Assembly: GCF_900184705.1 (NCBI RefSeq)
Contig: NZ_LT859958.1
Coordinates: 230,883 to 262,882 of the forward strand
Origin: Candidatus Brevifilum fermentans
GTDB lineage: Bacteria > Chloroflexota > Anaerolineae > Anaerolineales > Anaerolineaceae
Reading direction: 5' to 3'
DNA length: 32,000 nucleotides
Positions 18,666 through 27,721 of this stretch are shown here, piece by piece. Under the pieces are notes generated by a model, which was given only the letters and a program-made list of their open reading frames with translations, did no database searches and was not told the origin of the DNA. Position 1 is the stretch's first letter. Each line of letters starts with the position of its first letter. A program made the translations under genes and the position numbers.

Positions 18666-19949
18666 CTATAAGTTGCCCTGATTGTGCCTTTCCGGATGAA
18701 CGCTTTCGGTTGCAGCCAGGGGATGTGGTTTTTCATTTCGCAAATGCTTGTTGATTAAAATCAGACCTATCACTGCCAGCACCAACATCAGGGTTACCGG
18801 TAAGTGGGAAAGCAAAGTTTGGGCGAAGGTAGGTTCTGCTTCTAAAATCAGCAAAGGTGCCACCCCTGAAATAAGCGCCAGAACATTCCAGAAGCCATGC
18901 AAGACAAATGCGCCCAGGGCGCTTAACCCAAGAGAGAGCCATTTTGAGTCGCGCCATGCCCTTGATAATCCCCAACCCATCATACCCGAAGCAAGCATGT
19001 GCAATACGCCCGTCCCAGCCCGACTGATGGCCATGATTAACCAATCTTCCGTGTTAATGACGTTGGTAAAATACAGCACGTTTTCCATCAAAGCAAAACC
19101 TGCGCCACACAACAGTCCGCCCACAAAACCCTCCTGCGGGGTGATTTTGCGACCAGCCAGTGGCCATAAACTCAGGGGCTTGATCACCTCTTCAATGATT
19201 GGGGCGATACCGCCGAAAATTGCCAATCCCCAGAAAATGACGCTTGGCTGCAGGAGAAGGGGCTTGAGGAAGTCAAGTATGGCGTCTAAATCCTGGTCCA
19301 ACATCATTAGCTGTTCAACCAGTCCCAATAATTGCTGCTCAAGTTGTGGATTGGCGTTAATACGAAAACCCAGCCCGATGCCCCCGATGCCAGCCAGGAT
19401 CAGGATGGCCAGCAGTTCCAGGACAACCACCAGGAATGGCAGCATGACGATACTGATCCCAAAAACCCGCCATTTTCTTGCCTGGGATCCGCCGGCAAAA
19501 CCTCTTTGAGCAGCCTGGTAGATCCATAAGATGGGAATTCCGGCAACCAGAATGTTGATCGGACCCAACAGGATCACAGCCACATTTTCCAATCGGGCGA
19601 TCAGCCAACCCAATAAAACCACGACAGGCCAGATCAGGATCACCCAGCGAGCAGCTTTTGCTAAAACGGGATGGTTCAGATCCAGCCAAGTCAGCGAGGG
19701 TTTTCCTCGCAGTTGATTGATGCTGAGCAGTAAAAGTGGGAGGAGCAACACACCGCCCAAGATCGACGTCCAGAAGAGCAACCCGATGGGCATGCTCTGT
19801 GAGAAACTCATCCGTGAATCTAAAACAAACAGCAGCCAGGCAACGCCTGTTGAGAAGGCTTGCACAGCAAACAACAGGATGCCCAGGATGCTGGCCAGCA
19901 GGGTCAGTATCACCTGCCAATTTTTACCCGGTGTTAGCTGTTCTGTCAT
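18666..19949 (-). CDS. PrsW family intramembrane metalloprotease
   Basis: 427-aa multi-span ORF; 'GGIAPIIEEVIKPLSLW', 'GFALMENVLYF', 'FVLHGFWNVLA'. Confidence 0.87.
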   Translation of the reverse strand: MTEQLTPGKNWQVILTLLASILGILLFAVQAFSTGVAWLLFVLDSRMSFSQSMPIGLLFWTSILGGVLLLPLLLLSINQLRGKPSLTWLDLNHPVLAKAARWVILIWPVVVLLGWLIARLENVAVILLGPINILVAGIPILWIYQAAQRGFAGGSQARKWRVFGISIVMLPFLVVVLELLAILILAGIGGIGLGFRINANPQLEQQLLGLVEQLMMLDQDLDAILDFLKPLLLQPSVIFWGLAIFGGIAPIIEEVIKPLSLWPLAGRKITPQEGFVGGLLCGAGFALMENVLYFTNVINTEDWLIMAISRAGTGVLHMLASGMMGWGLSRAWRDSKWLSLGLSALGAFVLHGFWNVLALISGVAPLLILEAEPTFAQTLLSHLPVTLMLVLAVIGLILINKHLRNEKPHPLAATESVHPERHNQGNL

Positions 19950-19969
19950 TTAATGTTGGCCCGTGACGG

Positions 19970-21244
19970 TTATTTTTTAATGATCTCAATGCCATTGATG
20001 ATGGTGGCATCTTCAAAGCCAACCGCGGTTTGTGGATCTCGGAGGGCGATCAGATCTAATATGGGCATACTGTCCTCGGTTACCTGGCCGAAGATCGTGA
20101 AACCACCGTCCAGGGAGGGAGTGGGCGCCAGGGTGATGAAAAATTGGCTGCCGTTCGTGTCGGGACCGGCATTCGCCATGGCAAACAGCCCATTGCGATC
20201 AAACGAAAGGTCGTCCTTGGTCTCATTGACGAAGGTGTATCCAGGCCCGATTATTCCAAGGCCAGAGGGGTCGCCCGCCTGAGCAACGAAGCCCGGGAGA
20301 ACCCGGTGGAAATAGACATCGTCATACCAACCACTTTGCGCCAGGAAGACAAAGGAGTTAACTGCAATCGGGGCGACATCGGCAAAAAGTTCGATGTCAA
20401 TTTCACCCGCGCTGGTGTTCAACCGGGCCATATAAGAAGCTTCAGGATCGATGACCCAGGCAGGGCACTCCAGGGTACCGCCGAATTCGTACGCCCCGAG
20501 CAGACCGAAAAGGTTGGGTTTATTATCGCGATAAATCCGGTCGTTCACGACCACGGTTGGTGTGTAATTCATGCCAATGGCAAACCGCTCTTCGGTGAGC
20601 TGTTCAATCCAGGCTCTTTTTTCCGGATTGAGAAGGTCTTTCGTAAACTGGTCCACATCCAGTTCCCAACCCTCGGCGACCTCCTGGACCCAATCGACAA
20701 ATTCATCTTCCGTCATCTGGTTCCAGTAACCCTGATACAGATACAACAAGTCGTGCATTTCCCAGAATTTCCCCTGGGCGCCTGCTGCCTCGGCAGCTAA
20801 GCCCGCGATAAAGGCTTTATCATGGATGGATGGCAGGGGTAAATGCCGGAAGGCTAGCTTAACCGCATTGGGAAAATTTTGACGTAAAAAGTCCGTCAAG
20901 TGTGAAAATTGTACACAGGCTGGACATTGAAAATCGGCGTATTCGATGATTGTAATCGGGGCGTCCGGATTCCCCCGCACCCAGTCCTCATCGGATAACG
21001 GTGGGAGTTGATCAATGACCGCCTGGTAATAATCGGTTTCAGGGGAGGTTGTGTAATCATATGCTGCGGAACAGGGCATGCGGTCCGTCTGATCTTCCGA
21101 ATCACGTTCAGGCGTGATCTGCGGTGGCGGATCCTTGATTACAGGGATGGCTTCAGATGTTTGCTGGGGTTCAACAGCTTTAGGAGCACAGGCTGCGATT
21201 AGCAAGGCGCCGATTAATAATGTAAACATCGTCTTTTTTAGCAT
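19970..21244 (-). CDS. Lipoprotein with N-terminal DsbA-like thioredoxin domain (CPAC) fused to C-terminal cyclophilin-type peptidyl-prolyl isomerase
   Basis: ORF 19970..21364, probable start Met41 at 21244; 'LLIGALLIAACAP' lipobox; 'IIEYADFQCPACVQFSHLTDFLRQNF', 'MNYTPTVVVNDRI'; then 'ARLNTSAGEIDIELFADVAPIAVNSFVFLA...YFHRVLPGFVAQAGDPSG...GSQFFITLAPTPSLDGGFTIFGQV'. Confidence 0.92.
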   Translation of the reverse strand: MLKKTMFTLLIGALLIAACAPKAVEPQQTSEAIPVIKDPPPQITPERDSEDQTDRMPCSAAYDYTTSPETDYYQAVIDQLPPLSDEDWVRGNPDAPITIIEYADFQCPACVQFSHLTDFLRQNFPNAVKLAFRHLPLPSIHDKAFIAGLAAEAAGAQGKFWEMHDLLYLYQGYWNQMTEDEFVDWVQEVAEGWELDVDQFTKDLLNPEKRAWIEQLTEERFAIGMNYTPTVVVNDRIYRDNKPNLFGLLGAYEFGGTLECPAWVIDPEASYMARLNTSAGEIDIELFADVAPIAVNSFVFLAQSGWYDDVYFHRVLPGFVAQAGDPSGLGIIGPGYTFVNETKDDLSFDRNGLFAMANAGPDTNGSQFFITLAPTPSLDGGFTIFGQVTEDSMPILDLIALRDPQTAVGFEDATIINGIEIIKK

Positions 21245-21311
21245 TTCAAACCTTTCTTCGTGGGTGTATTTGCCAGTTAACCCTGGAGACCTGCCAAACA
21301 GGGTGAGTCCT

Positions 21312-21932
21312 TTACCCTCCCCCCAGCCGACTGGTAACCGCTGTTTGCAAGGCTTTCTGGACACTGTCTTTATCTTTCGTTGCGTCGATGATCACCCATC
21401 GCGCGGGTTCTGCTTCTGCCAGGGCAAAATAACCCTGCCGGACGCGTTCGTGGAATGCCAGCGTATAAGCATCCAGCCGGTTCCATTCGGTGCTGTTGAC
21501 GCGCTTACGTTCCATTCCCACTTCAACGGGAACATCCACCAGCAGGGTCAGATCGGGTTTCAGTCCACCGGTGGAAAAATCAAGCAGCATTTGCAGTGTG
21601 TCCAGGTCGATTTGATGACCAAATCCCTGGTACGCCAGGGTGGAATCGCCGAAGCGATCACACAAGACAATCTTCCCTGCTGCCAGCGCTGGGCGGATGA
21701 GCTCTTCCACGTGCTGGGCGCGGGCTGCCAGGAACAGTAAGATCTCGGTGCGTGGGGTAATAGATACGTTTTTGAGGTTCATCAAGACTTCACGAATCTG
21801 GTTGCCGACGGGGGTGCCGCCGGGTTCCCGGGTGAGAACAACCTCGTAACCCGCATCCTGTAAAAACTCTTTTAGCGCAGGCAGTTGAGATGTCTTCCCG
21901 CTGCCATCGGGTCCTTCCAAGGTGATAAACAT
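21312..21932 (-). CDS. tmk: Thymidylate kinase
   Basis: 206-aa ORF; 'MFITLEGPDGSGKTSQLPAL', 'LTREPGGTPVGNQIREVL', 'DRFGDSTLAYQGFG'. Confidence 0.95.
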   Translation of the reverse strand: MFITLEGPDGSGKTSQLPALKEFLQDAGYEVVLTREPGGTPVGNQIREVLMNLKNVSITPRTEILLFLAARAQHVEELIRPALAAGKIVLCDRFGDSTLAYQGFGHQIDLDTLQMLLDFSTGGLKPDLTLLVDVPVEVGMERKRVNSTEWNRLDAYTLAFHERVRQGYFALAEAEPARWVIIDATKDKDSVQKALQTAVTSRLGGG

Positions 21933-21934
21933 GG

Positions 21935-23566
21935 TTATTCTCTAAATATCCTCACGTGCCGATTGGGTTCTTTACCATATGAATGCGAGACAAGGTCAGC
22001 CTGGCGTGCCATTTCGTGCTGTAAACGGCGAATTGTGGACGAGGCGGGCGCCAGGTCAATCCAGCGCTCGCCGTTCAACACGGCTTCGATGGCAGCCTGG
22101 GTTTGATCGACAACAGTGCGATCCTGCCCGGATATCTCCTCGACGCTGGCCAGGTTGAACACATCGACTAAAAATTGCTCTAATTGCTGGCTGGTGTTCG
22201 AGCGTAAGACAAAAATGGGCATTTTACGCTGTTCTGCCTCGACAATGGGCTGCTGGCGCTCGCGATAATAACGGCGCAGTGTCAACAGGGCATCTGCTTC
22301 TTTCAACTCACGTACGATTCGGGCGGGTACATTCAGCAGTTTTGCTGCCTGGGTCAGCCGATTGCGCGCCACCCCGAATGGGAAAATGTTGATCGGCTTC
22401 AACGGTTGTGTCTCCATCTCCGCCAATGCCAGGGGAGGGGTTGCGCCTGCGAGTATCCCAACCTCGCTGCGCTGATTGCCAGTCGAACGGCTGAAGGGCA
22501 TCGTTTCTCGTTTGCCTGCCCTGCTTACAGCCTGGGCGGCTGTGCTGATCTTTGGAACAACCGGTTTTTGCGTATGGATTCGATTTTGCTCATCACGATA
22601 GCGGATTTCCGGCGGAAGCGGGTAGCCCCGTAAAAGTGCGTCCACAGCCGCAGAGACATCGTTTTGTACGGCAACTCGGTTCCGGTCCTGGATCTCGACC
22701 AGCATATCAAAGGTTGCTGGTGCGCGGCGTTCAAGAACGGTCTTTTGGGTGCCGCGCCGGCGGGCTTCCTCATCGGAAAGGGTAACGGATTCAATTCCGC
22801 CCACCAGATCAGACAGGGTGGGGTTGAGCAGGAGGTTTTCTAGGGTGTTGCCATGGGCGGTGCCGATCAGTTGAACCCCACGTTCTGCAATAGTACGGGC
22901 TGCCATGGCTTCCAGTTCTCTGCCGATCTCATCGATGACGATCACCTCGGGGTTGTGATTTTCCACAGCCTCGATCATCACCTCGTGCTGGAGAGAAGGT
23001 TTGGCCACCTGCATTCGGCGAGCAGAGCCAATCGCCGGATGGGGGACATCCCCGTCGCCGCCAATTTCGTTGCTGGTGTCCACGATGATCACGCGGGATT
23101 TTTCTGCCAGGATACGGGCTGTCTCCCGCAGGATGGTGGTTTTGCCCACTCCCGGTCGTCCGAGGATGAGGATGCTGGCGCCGGATTCAATTAAATCCTG
23201 GATGATATCGCTGGTACCATAAACTGCGCGGCCGATCCGACAGGTCAATCCGATGACTTCCTGGCGCCGGTTGCGAATGGCTGAAATTCGGTGCAGGGTG
23301 CGCTCGATACCGGCACGGTTATCGGCATCAAACTCGCTGATGGAACGCGTGACGGCTTTGATATCGTCGTAGGTGATCTCTTGCTCGCTGAGAACCACCT
23401 CACGGTTTACGAAACGCGCCTTTGGTAGCCTCCCTAAATCCATGACCACTTCGAGTAAATTATCGCTGTCATCCAGCTCACGTAAAACCGCAGAAATTTG
23501 CTGTGGCAGGATGTCCAGCAGCAAATCAAGATCATCTGTAATTTTTTCGTGTTTTTGCATATTCAA
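21935..23566 (-). CDS. AAA-type ATPase (SpoIIIAA/ycf45-like) with C-terminal R3H domain
   Basis: 543-aa ORF; '[27 protein letters not shown]', '[27 protein letters not shown]', '[13 protein letters not shown]', C-terminal '[29 protein letters not shown]'. Confidence 0.92.
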   Translation of the reverse strand: MNMQKHEKITDDLDLLLDILPQQISAVLRELDDSDNLLEVVMDLGRLPKARFVNREVVLSEQEITYDDIKAVTRSISEFDADNRAGIERTLHRISAIRNRRQEVIGLTCRIGRAVYGTSDIIQDLIESGASILILGRPGVGKTTILRETARILAEKSRVIIVDTSNEIGGDGDVPHPAIGSARRMQVAKPSLQHEVMIEAVENHNPEVIVIDEIGRELEAMAARTIAERGVQLIGTAHGNTLENLLLNPTLSDLVGGIESVTLSDEEARRRGTQKTVLERRAPATFDMLVEIQDRNRVAVQNDVSAAVDALLRGYPLPPEIRYRDEQNRIHTQKPVVPKISTAAQAVSRAGKRETMPFSRSTGNQRSEVGILAGATPPLALAEMETQPLKPINIFPFGVARNRLTQAAKLLNVPARIVRELKEADALLTLRRYYRERQQPIVEAEQRKMPIFVLRSNTSQQLEQFLVDVFNLASVEEISGQDRTVVDQTQAAIEAVLNGERWIDLAPASSTIRRLQHEMARQADLVSHSYGKEPNRHVRIFRE

Positions 23567-23678
23567 ATTATTTTCTTTTCCGTAAAATTGATGCCGGGGA
23601 AGGTTACCTCAACATCACCTTTAATTCTATCCTAAATTGATGAATGTTGGCTCTGTGTGCAACTCGACAGCCCGGGTT

Positions 23679-24629
23679 TTATTCCCGGGAAGATTCGATC
23701 GATGCAATTGGAAGGGTCGGCTCACGATTGCCGTTTTCAAACGCTGGATATGAAAACTCGGTCTTAACCCGTTGGCGGTGTGCCATATAGCGCACCAGCA
23801 AGGCCTGTGCAGGGAGCACCCGAACAGCGCGTTCGCACAATGCAGGTTCTAACCAGGGCTGGTAGGAGCGTGAGGTGATAAAGACCGGGCGCCCATGCAG
23901 GTCAGGCAATGCCAGCAGCAATTGCTCCAGCAGTTCGGTCATTTCAATCCTGGCTTGCGGGTTGACGACGGGCAATACCCATACCCCAACCGGACCGTAG
24001 ACCAGGTCTGCATAAGCTTGCAGATCGCCCTTTGACGTGTAATGCACCAGACCGAGCATCTCCTGGCGGGAAAGGAATTCCACGGATTGCACCAAAGGCG
24101 GCACCAGGGTGTAGTACAGGTTGCGCATCCCCGTTACATCTGTGCTTGACCAAATCCGCCAGCCTGAAGAGCGCTGATGGCGGGCTTGCCCTGGCGGGGC
24201 ACATTGATAGACATTTTGCTGGGCTAAAACTGAGAAACCTGCCTGACGAAAGTGTGGAAGGAGGGGCGAATCTGTGAAAACTTCTGCCACGACCTGTTTT
24301 GCACCCCAGCCACCGGCTTTTTTCACCAGCGCCTCCAGCAAGGGCACCAGGCAGTGTGAATCCCCCCGGGTTGGCGCGAGCAGGTAGTTAATCTGGGCGC
24401 TGCTCATCTTTGAGGACTGGTAAATTTGGGCAATACAGCGCTCCTGGTCACCTTCAGATTGAAAAACGCCGGTAAAACGGTGATCGGCTGGGTGAATTGC
24501 AATCAGGAGGTGACTTAGAGAGAGGGGTTTGCCGTGGGTGAGGTGCAGAATGTTGTCCAGGCAGGTGAGTTCTCGGCGATGACGATAAAGATATAACCAG
24601 TCACTCCAGAGGATTGCACGCTCGCTCAT
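23679..24629 (-). CDS. GNAT-like (possibly tandem) acetyltransferase-fold protein of unknown function
   Basis: ORF 23679..24674, likely start Met16 at 24629; 'PLLEALVKKAGGWGAKQVVAEVFTDSPLLPHFRQAGFSVLAQQNVYQ' resembles a GNAT C-terminal half; basic low-complexity tail. Confidence 0.6.
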   Translation of the reverse strand: MSERAILWSDWLYLYRHRRELTCLDNILHLTHGKPLSLSHLLIAIHPADHRFTGVFQSEGDQERCIAQIYQSSKMSSAQINYLLAPTRGDSHCLVPLLEALVKKAGGWGAKQVVAEVFTDSPLLPHFRQAGFSVLAQQNVYQCAPPGQARHQRSSGWRIWSSTDVTGMRNLYYTLVPPLVQSVEFLSRQEMLGLVHYTSKGDLQAYADLVYGPVGVWVLPVVNPQARIEMTELLEQLLLALPDLHGRPVFITSRSYQPWLEPALCERAVRVLPAQALLVRYMAHRQRVKTEFSYPAFENGNREPTLPIASIESSRE

Positions 24630-24666
24630 GTCCTTACGATACTCACAAAAATAAGTTAAAAGGGGG

Positions 24667-24760
24667 ATCGACATTCATTGCCTGATTAACACCGCTTCCC
24701 AGCCTTTCTATATGCTGGGAAGCAAGCCTGTCTTTATCGGGCAGGATCATCAATGTCGAT
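24667..24760. other. Inverted-repeat cluster between pdxS and the downstream gene; possible terminator or structured RNA
   Basis: Perfect 10-bp stem GCTTCCCAGC 24694-24703/GCTGGGAAGC 24714-24723; 6-bp stem with one wobble 24727-24732/24740-24745; both enclosed by perfect 9-bp ATCGACATT 24667-24675/AATGTCGAT 24752-24760. Confidence 0.4.
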
Positions 24761-24788
24761 GTCCATCTTTAGATTAATTCTGGACGAA

Positions 24789-25676
24789 TTACCAGCCACG
24801 GGTGGAAAGCATGTCGGAATCGGAGAGATCTGCCACCTGGCGTCCCACCATGGCTTCACCCAGGTTACGGCTGATTTCAGCCAGAACCCGGGGGTTATCA
24901 TAATTGGCGGCGGCTTTGACAATGGCTGCAGCCCGCTTTGCCGGGTCACCGGACTTAAAAATGCCCGAACCCACAAAGATGCCATCCACACCCAGTTGCA
25001 TCATTAAGGCAGCATCGGCAGGTGTTGCAATACCGCCGGCAGCAAAGTTGACGACGGGCAGGTGTCCAAGCTGGCGCACCGCTTTGACCAGTTCATAGGG
25101 TGCGCCGATATCTTTCGCGTAGGTCATCAACTCTTCTTCAGGCATATTTTGCAGACGCTTAATCTCGCCCAGTACGCTGCGCGCATGGCGAACCGCTTCG
25201 ACCACATCGCCGGTGCCGGGTTCACCCTTCGTGCGCAACATGGCTGCACCTTCGCCCAGTCGGCGTAAGGCTTCACCCAGGTTACGGCATCCGCACACAA
25301 AAGGGACTTTAAAAACGTGTTTGTTGATGTGATAGGCTTCATCGGCGGGGGTTAACACCTCAGATTCATCGATAAAGTCCACGCCGAGGGATTCCAAAAT
25401 TTGAGCTTCAACAAAATGTCCGATGCGACATTTAGCCATCACCGGGATAGAAACCGCATCCATGATCTGGATAATTAACTCGGGGTCGCTCATACGGGCA
25501 ACTCCGCCGTGGGCGCGAATGTCTGCGGGAACGCGCTCCAACGCCATTACTGCGACGGCACCAGCATCTTCAGCGATCTTCGCTTGATCGGGCGTGACCA
25601 CATCCATGATCACCCCGCCTTTTAGTTTCTGTGCCAGGCTTTTTTTAACCTCAAAAGCCGCAATTTGTTGTTCCAT
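24789..25676 (-). CDS. pdxS: Pyridoxal 5'-phosphate synthase lyase subunit PdxS
   Basis: 295-aa ORF; '[48 protein letters not shown]', '[17 protein letters not shown]', '[14 protein letters not shown]'. Confidence 0.97.
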   Translation of the reverse strand: MEQQIAAFEVKKSLAQKLKGGVIMDVVTPDQAKIAEDAGAVAVMALERVPADIRAHGGVARMSDPELIIQIMDAVSIPVMAKCRIGHFVEAQILESLGVDFIDESEVLTPADEAYHINKHVFKVPFVCGCRNLGEALRRLGEGAAMLRTKGEPGTGDVVEAVRHARSVLGEIKRLQNMPEEELMTYAKDIGAPYELVKAVRQLGHLPVVNFAAGGIATPADAALMMQLGVDGIFVGSGIFKSGDPAKRAAAIVKAAANYDNPRVLAEISRNLGEAMVGRQVADLSDSDMLSTRGW

Positions 25677-26108
25677 AGAGCCTCCAAAAGATAAATAGTT
25701 ATAAAAATTCTACCACGCGCAGAGATGTCCGACAACTGAAGCCGTGGTATAAATCGTTCCGAAACACTAAACTTTTGGTGATACAGTTTTTTATGTTTTG
25801 TCAATATTTTTGTGTCGTCCAGGATGTAATATTGCGTTGCATGTGCGGAGTATTTTTTCAATTGCTTTACGAAATTGCAATAATTTCAGTTTTCTCGCTT
25901 AAGATTTGGGGATATTGCACAGCGGATGTTGCCCCCATTTCGTTATTGTTTTTAGCAGTCCAATTTTCCAACCAGTATTTCAATCTCTTGCAGTGGCGCT
26001 ATAAGAGCTTTTATCTTTTAGGGGTATCTTGATAGCATTCTTATCGGAAATCTATATTAAGCTCGATTTTTCATCTTCTCGCTATGGAAATAGCGATAAA
26101 CATGGTAT

Positions 26109-26615
26109 TTACTTTCCCAGCAATTCCTTGTAGATTTCATAATCATTATCTGAAAAACAACAAAACATCACTTTCTCTAATGAGTGATCTGACTGAATGA
26201 AATCCTTTACTGTTTGGACGGCTATTTGAGCTGCAGGGCGGTTGGGATAGCCATATACCCCGGTACTTATACAAGGGAAAGCGATCGTTTTTATGTGATG
26301 CTCAACCGCCAATGAAAGGCTTTTACGGTAACAGGATGCCAAAAGCTGTGACTCTCCCTGTGCCCCGCCATACCAGACGGGGCCAACCGTGTGAATGACA
26401 TACCGGGCTGGCAGGTTGTATCCGGCAGTAATTTTTGCGTCTCCAGTCTGGCAGCCATTTAATTTTCGACATTCTTCCAAAAGACGCGGGCCTGCAGCCC
26501 GATGGATGGCGCCATCAACACCACCGCCACCCAGCAGCGTTGTGTTAGCAGCATTTACAATGGCATCGACTTTAAGCATTGTAATGTCAGCCTTAATACA
26601 ATCCAAAATTGTCAT
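26109..26615 (-). CDS. Macro domain protein (O-acetyl-ADP-ribose deacetylase-like)
   Basis: 168-aa ORF; '[44 protein letters not shown]', '[24 protein letters not shown]', '[14 protein letters not shown]'. Confidence 0.95.
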   Translation of the reverse strand: MTILDCIKADITMLKVDAIVNAANTTLLGGGGVDGAIHRAAGPRLLEECRKLNGCQTGDAKITAGYNLPARYVIHTVGPVWYGGAQGESQLLASCYRKSLSLAVEHHIKTIAFPCISTGVYGYPNRPAAQIAVQTVKDFIQSDHSLEKVMFCCFSDNDYEIYKELLGK

Positions 26616-26859
26616 TTTTCACCTTCTTTTTGGCAGTTTAATCACATAGATTTCATAATAAAATGAGGCACATTTACAAGCAACGGATAATTAAATAAAT
26701 CAAAAAAAGGTTTGCTTTTATAAGCTTCTCCACACACTTACCACCGTCCCATGGATATTCGCCTTGCGTACTTCTTCAATGCCAATTCTTTATTGGCATG
26801 AATCTTTTGCAATAATGTGATTATTATTTATGATCGATCCTGGCGACTTGCAGTATGGT

Positions 26860-27495
26860 TTACAAAAAAGACAGCCAATAGGCTGCAATCCCAAAAGCCA
26901 CAGATACATTAAGCGAGGCTTTCAGTCCGACCATCGGCACCGAAACCACCAGATCGGCGATCGTCAGTAAACCGGGGTCAATGCCTGCTTGCTCATTTCC
27001 CACTGCCAGTAAGAATTGCTGAGCACCCAGCGAAGCCAGGTCGACATTAAAGATAGGCTGTGAACTTGCCGTAGTTTCAAGAGCCAGAAGGTAATGCCCC
27101 TGGTTTTGCAGGTTTTGAGCAAGGGCAAGTGCATTGAGATGCTGTGACCAGGAAAGTGTAATTTCAGCGCCCAGAGCCGTTTTTTGAATGGCTGAATTGT
27201 CTGAAGGGCTAGGCGTATATCCGCATAGGTAGAGGTGCCGAGCGCCCACACCATCCGCTGTACGAAAAATAGCCCCGACATTGTGTGTACTGCGGATATT
27301 GTCCAACAAGATACAGATTCTGCGTTTGGGAACCACACTGCTATGTTCTGATCCCTGATGCTGAAAAGGTGCCGAAGCTTTAAGCATTGGCGCACCGCAA
27401 CGAGGACAAAAATCTCCTTTGTGTACCGTCGGATCAATCGGCATGCGCAAACCACAGTCAGGGTGGGTACATTGTCGAATTTCAAACATGGTCAT
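26860..27495 (-). CDS. TrmH/SpoU family RNA methyltransferase with N-terminal Cys-rich zinc-ribbon-like segment
   Basis: 211-aa ORF; 'CTHPDCGLRMPIDPTVHKGDFCPRCGAPM', then 'ILLDNIRSTHNVGAIFRTADGVGARHLYLCGYTP', 'LLAVGNEQAGIDPGLL', 'VSVPMVGLKASLNVSVAFGIAAY'. Confidence 0.9.
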   Translation of the reverse strand: MTMFEIRQCTHPDCGLRMPIDPTVHKGDFCPRCGAPMLKASAPFQHQGSEHSSVVPKRRICILLDNIRSTHNVGAIFRTADGVGARHLYLCGYTPSPSDNSAIQKTALGAEITLSWSQHLNALALAQNLQNQGHYLLALETTASSQPIFNVDLASLGAQQFLLAVGNEQAGIDPGLLTIADLVVSVPMVGLKASLNVSVAFGIAAYWLSFL

Positions 27496-27611
27496 GTTCC
27501 AAAACTGTCTCGTCCTGGCGAACTGTCAATCGAACTGGGTTTATTTTATCGCGAGTCTTGGCTTTCCCCCACCTTGAAGTTGGGAACACTTTTCCCCAGT
27601 GAAATATAAGC

Positions 27612-27646
27612 CAAACGCCTGGGTGAGGGGGGCACCCAGACGTTTG
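27612..27646 (-). terminator. Strong hairpin, possible terminator of the upstream - strand hypothetical gene
   Basis: CAAACGCCTGGGTG 27612-27625 pairs with CACCCAGACGTTTG 27633-27646 (13 of 14 pairs), 7-nt G-rich loop on the + strand; no strong U-tract. Confidence 0.45.
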
Positions 27647-27721
27647 ACGCTTGTAAATATATCATGGTCTCCTGTAGATTGCAAGGGTTAAGAGGTTAAA
27701 TTAACATTAGCGTTTTAATGT

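Noticed and set aside
20144-20800. 218-aa + strand ORF (and 21114..21740, 18748..19509, 3409..3930, 1885..2271)
   Set aside because: All antisense to confidently assigned genes; no recognisable motifs or RBS support.
24789-25676. PdxS without adjacent PdxT as a novelty
   Set aside because: pdxT is not adjacent here, but unlinked pdxS and pdxT are plausible and the window cannot show absence from the genome.
25622-25861. 79-aa - strand ORF across the pdxS start
   Set aside because: Overlaps the pdxS 5' end in another frame and is driven by AT-rich spacer sequence.
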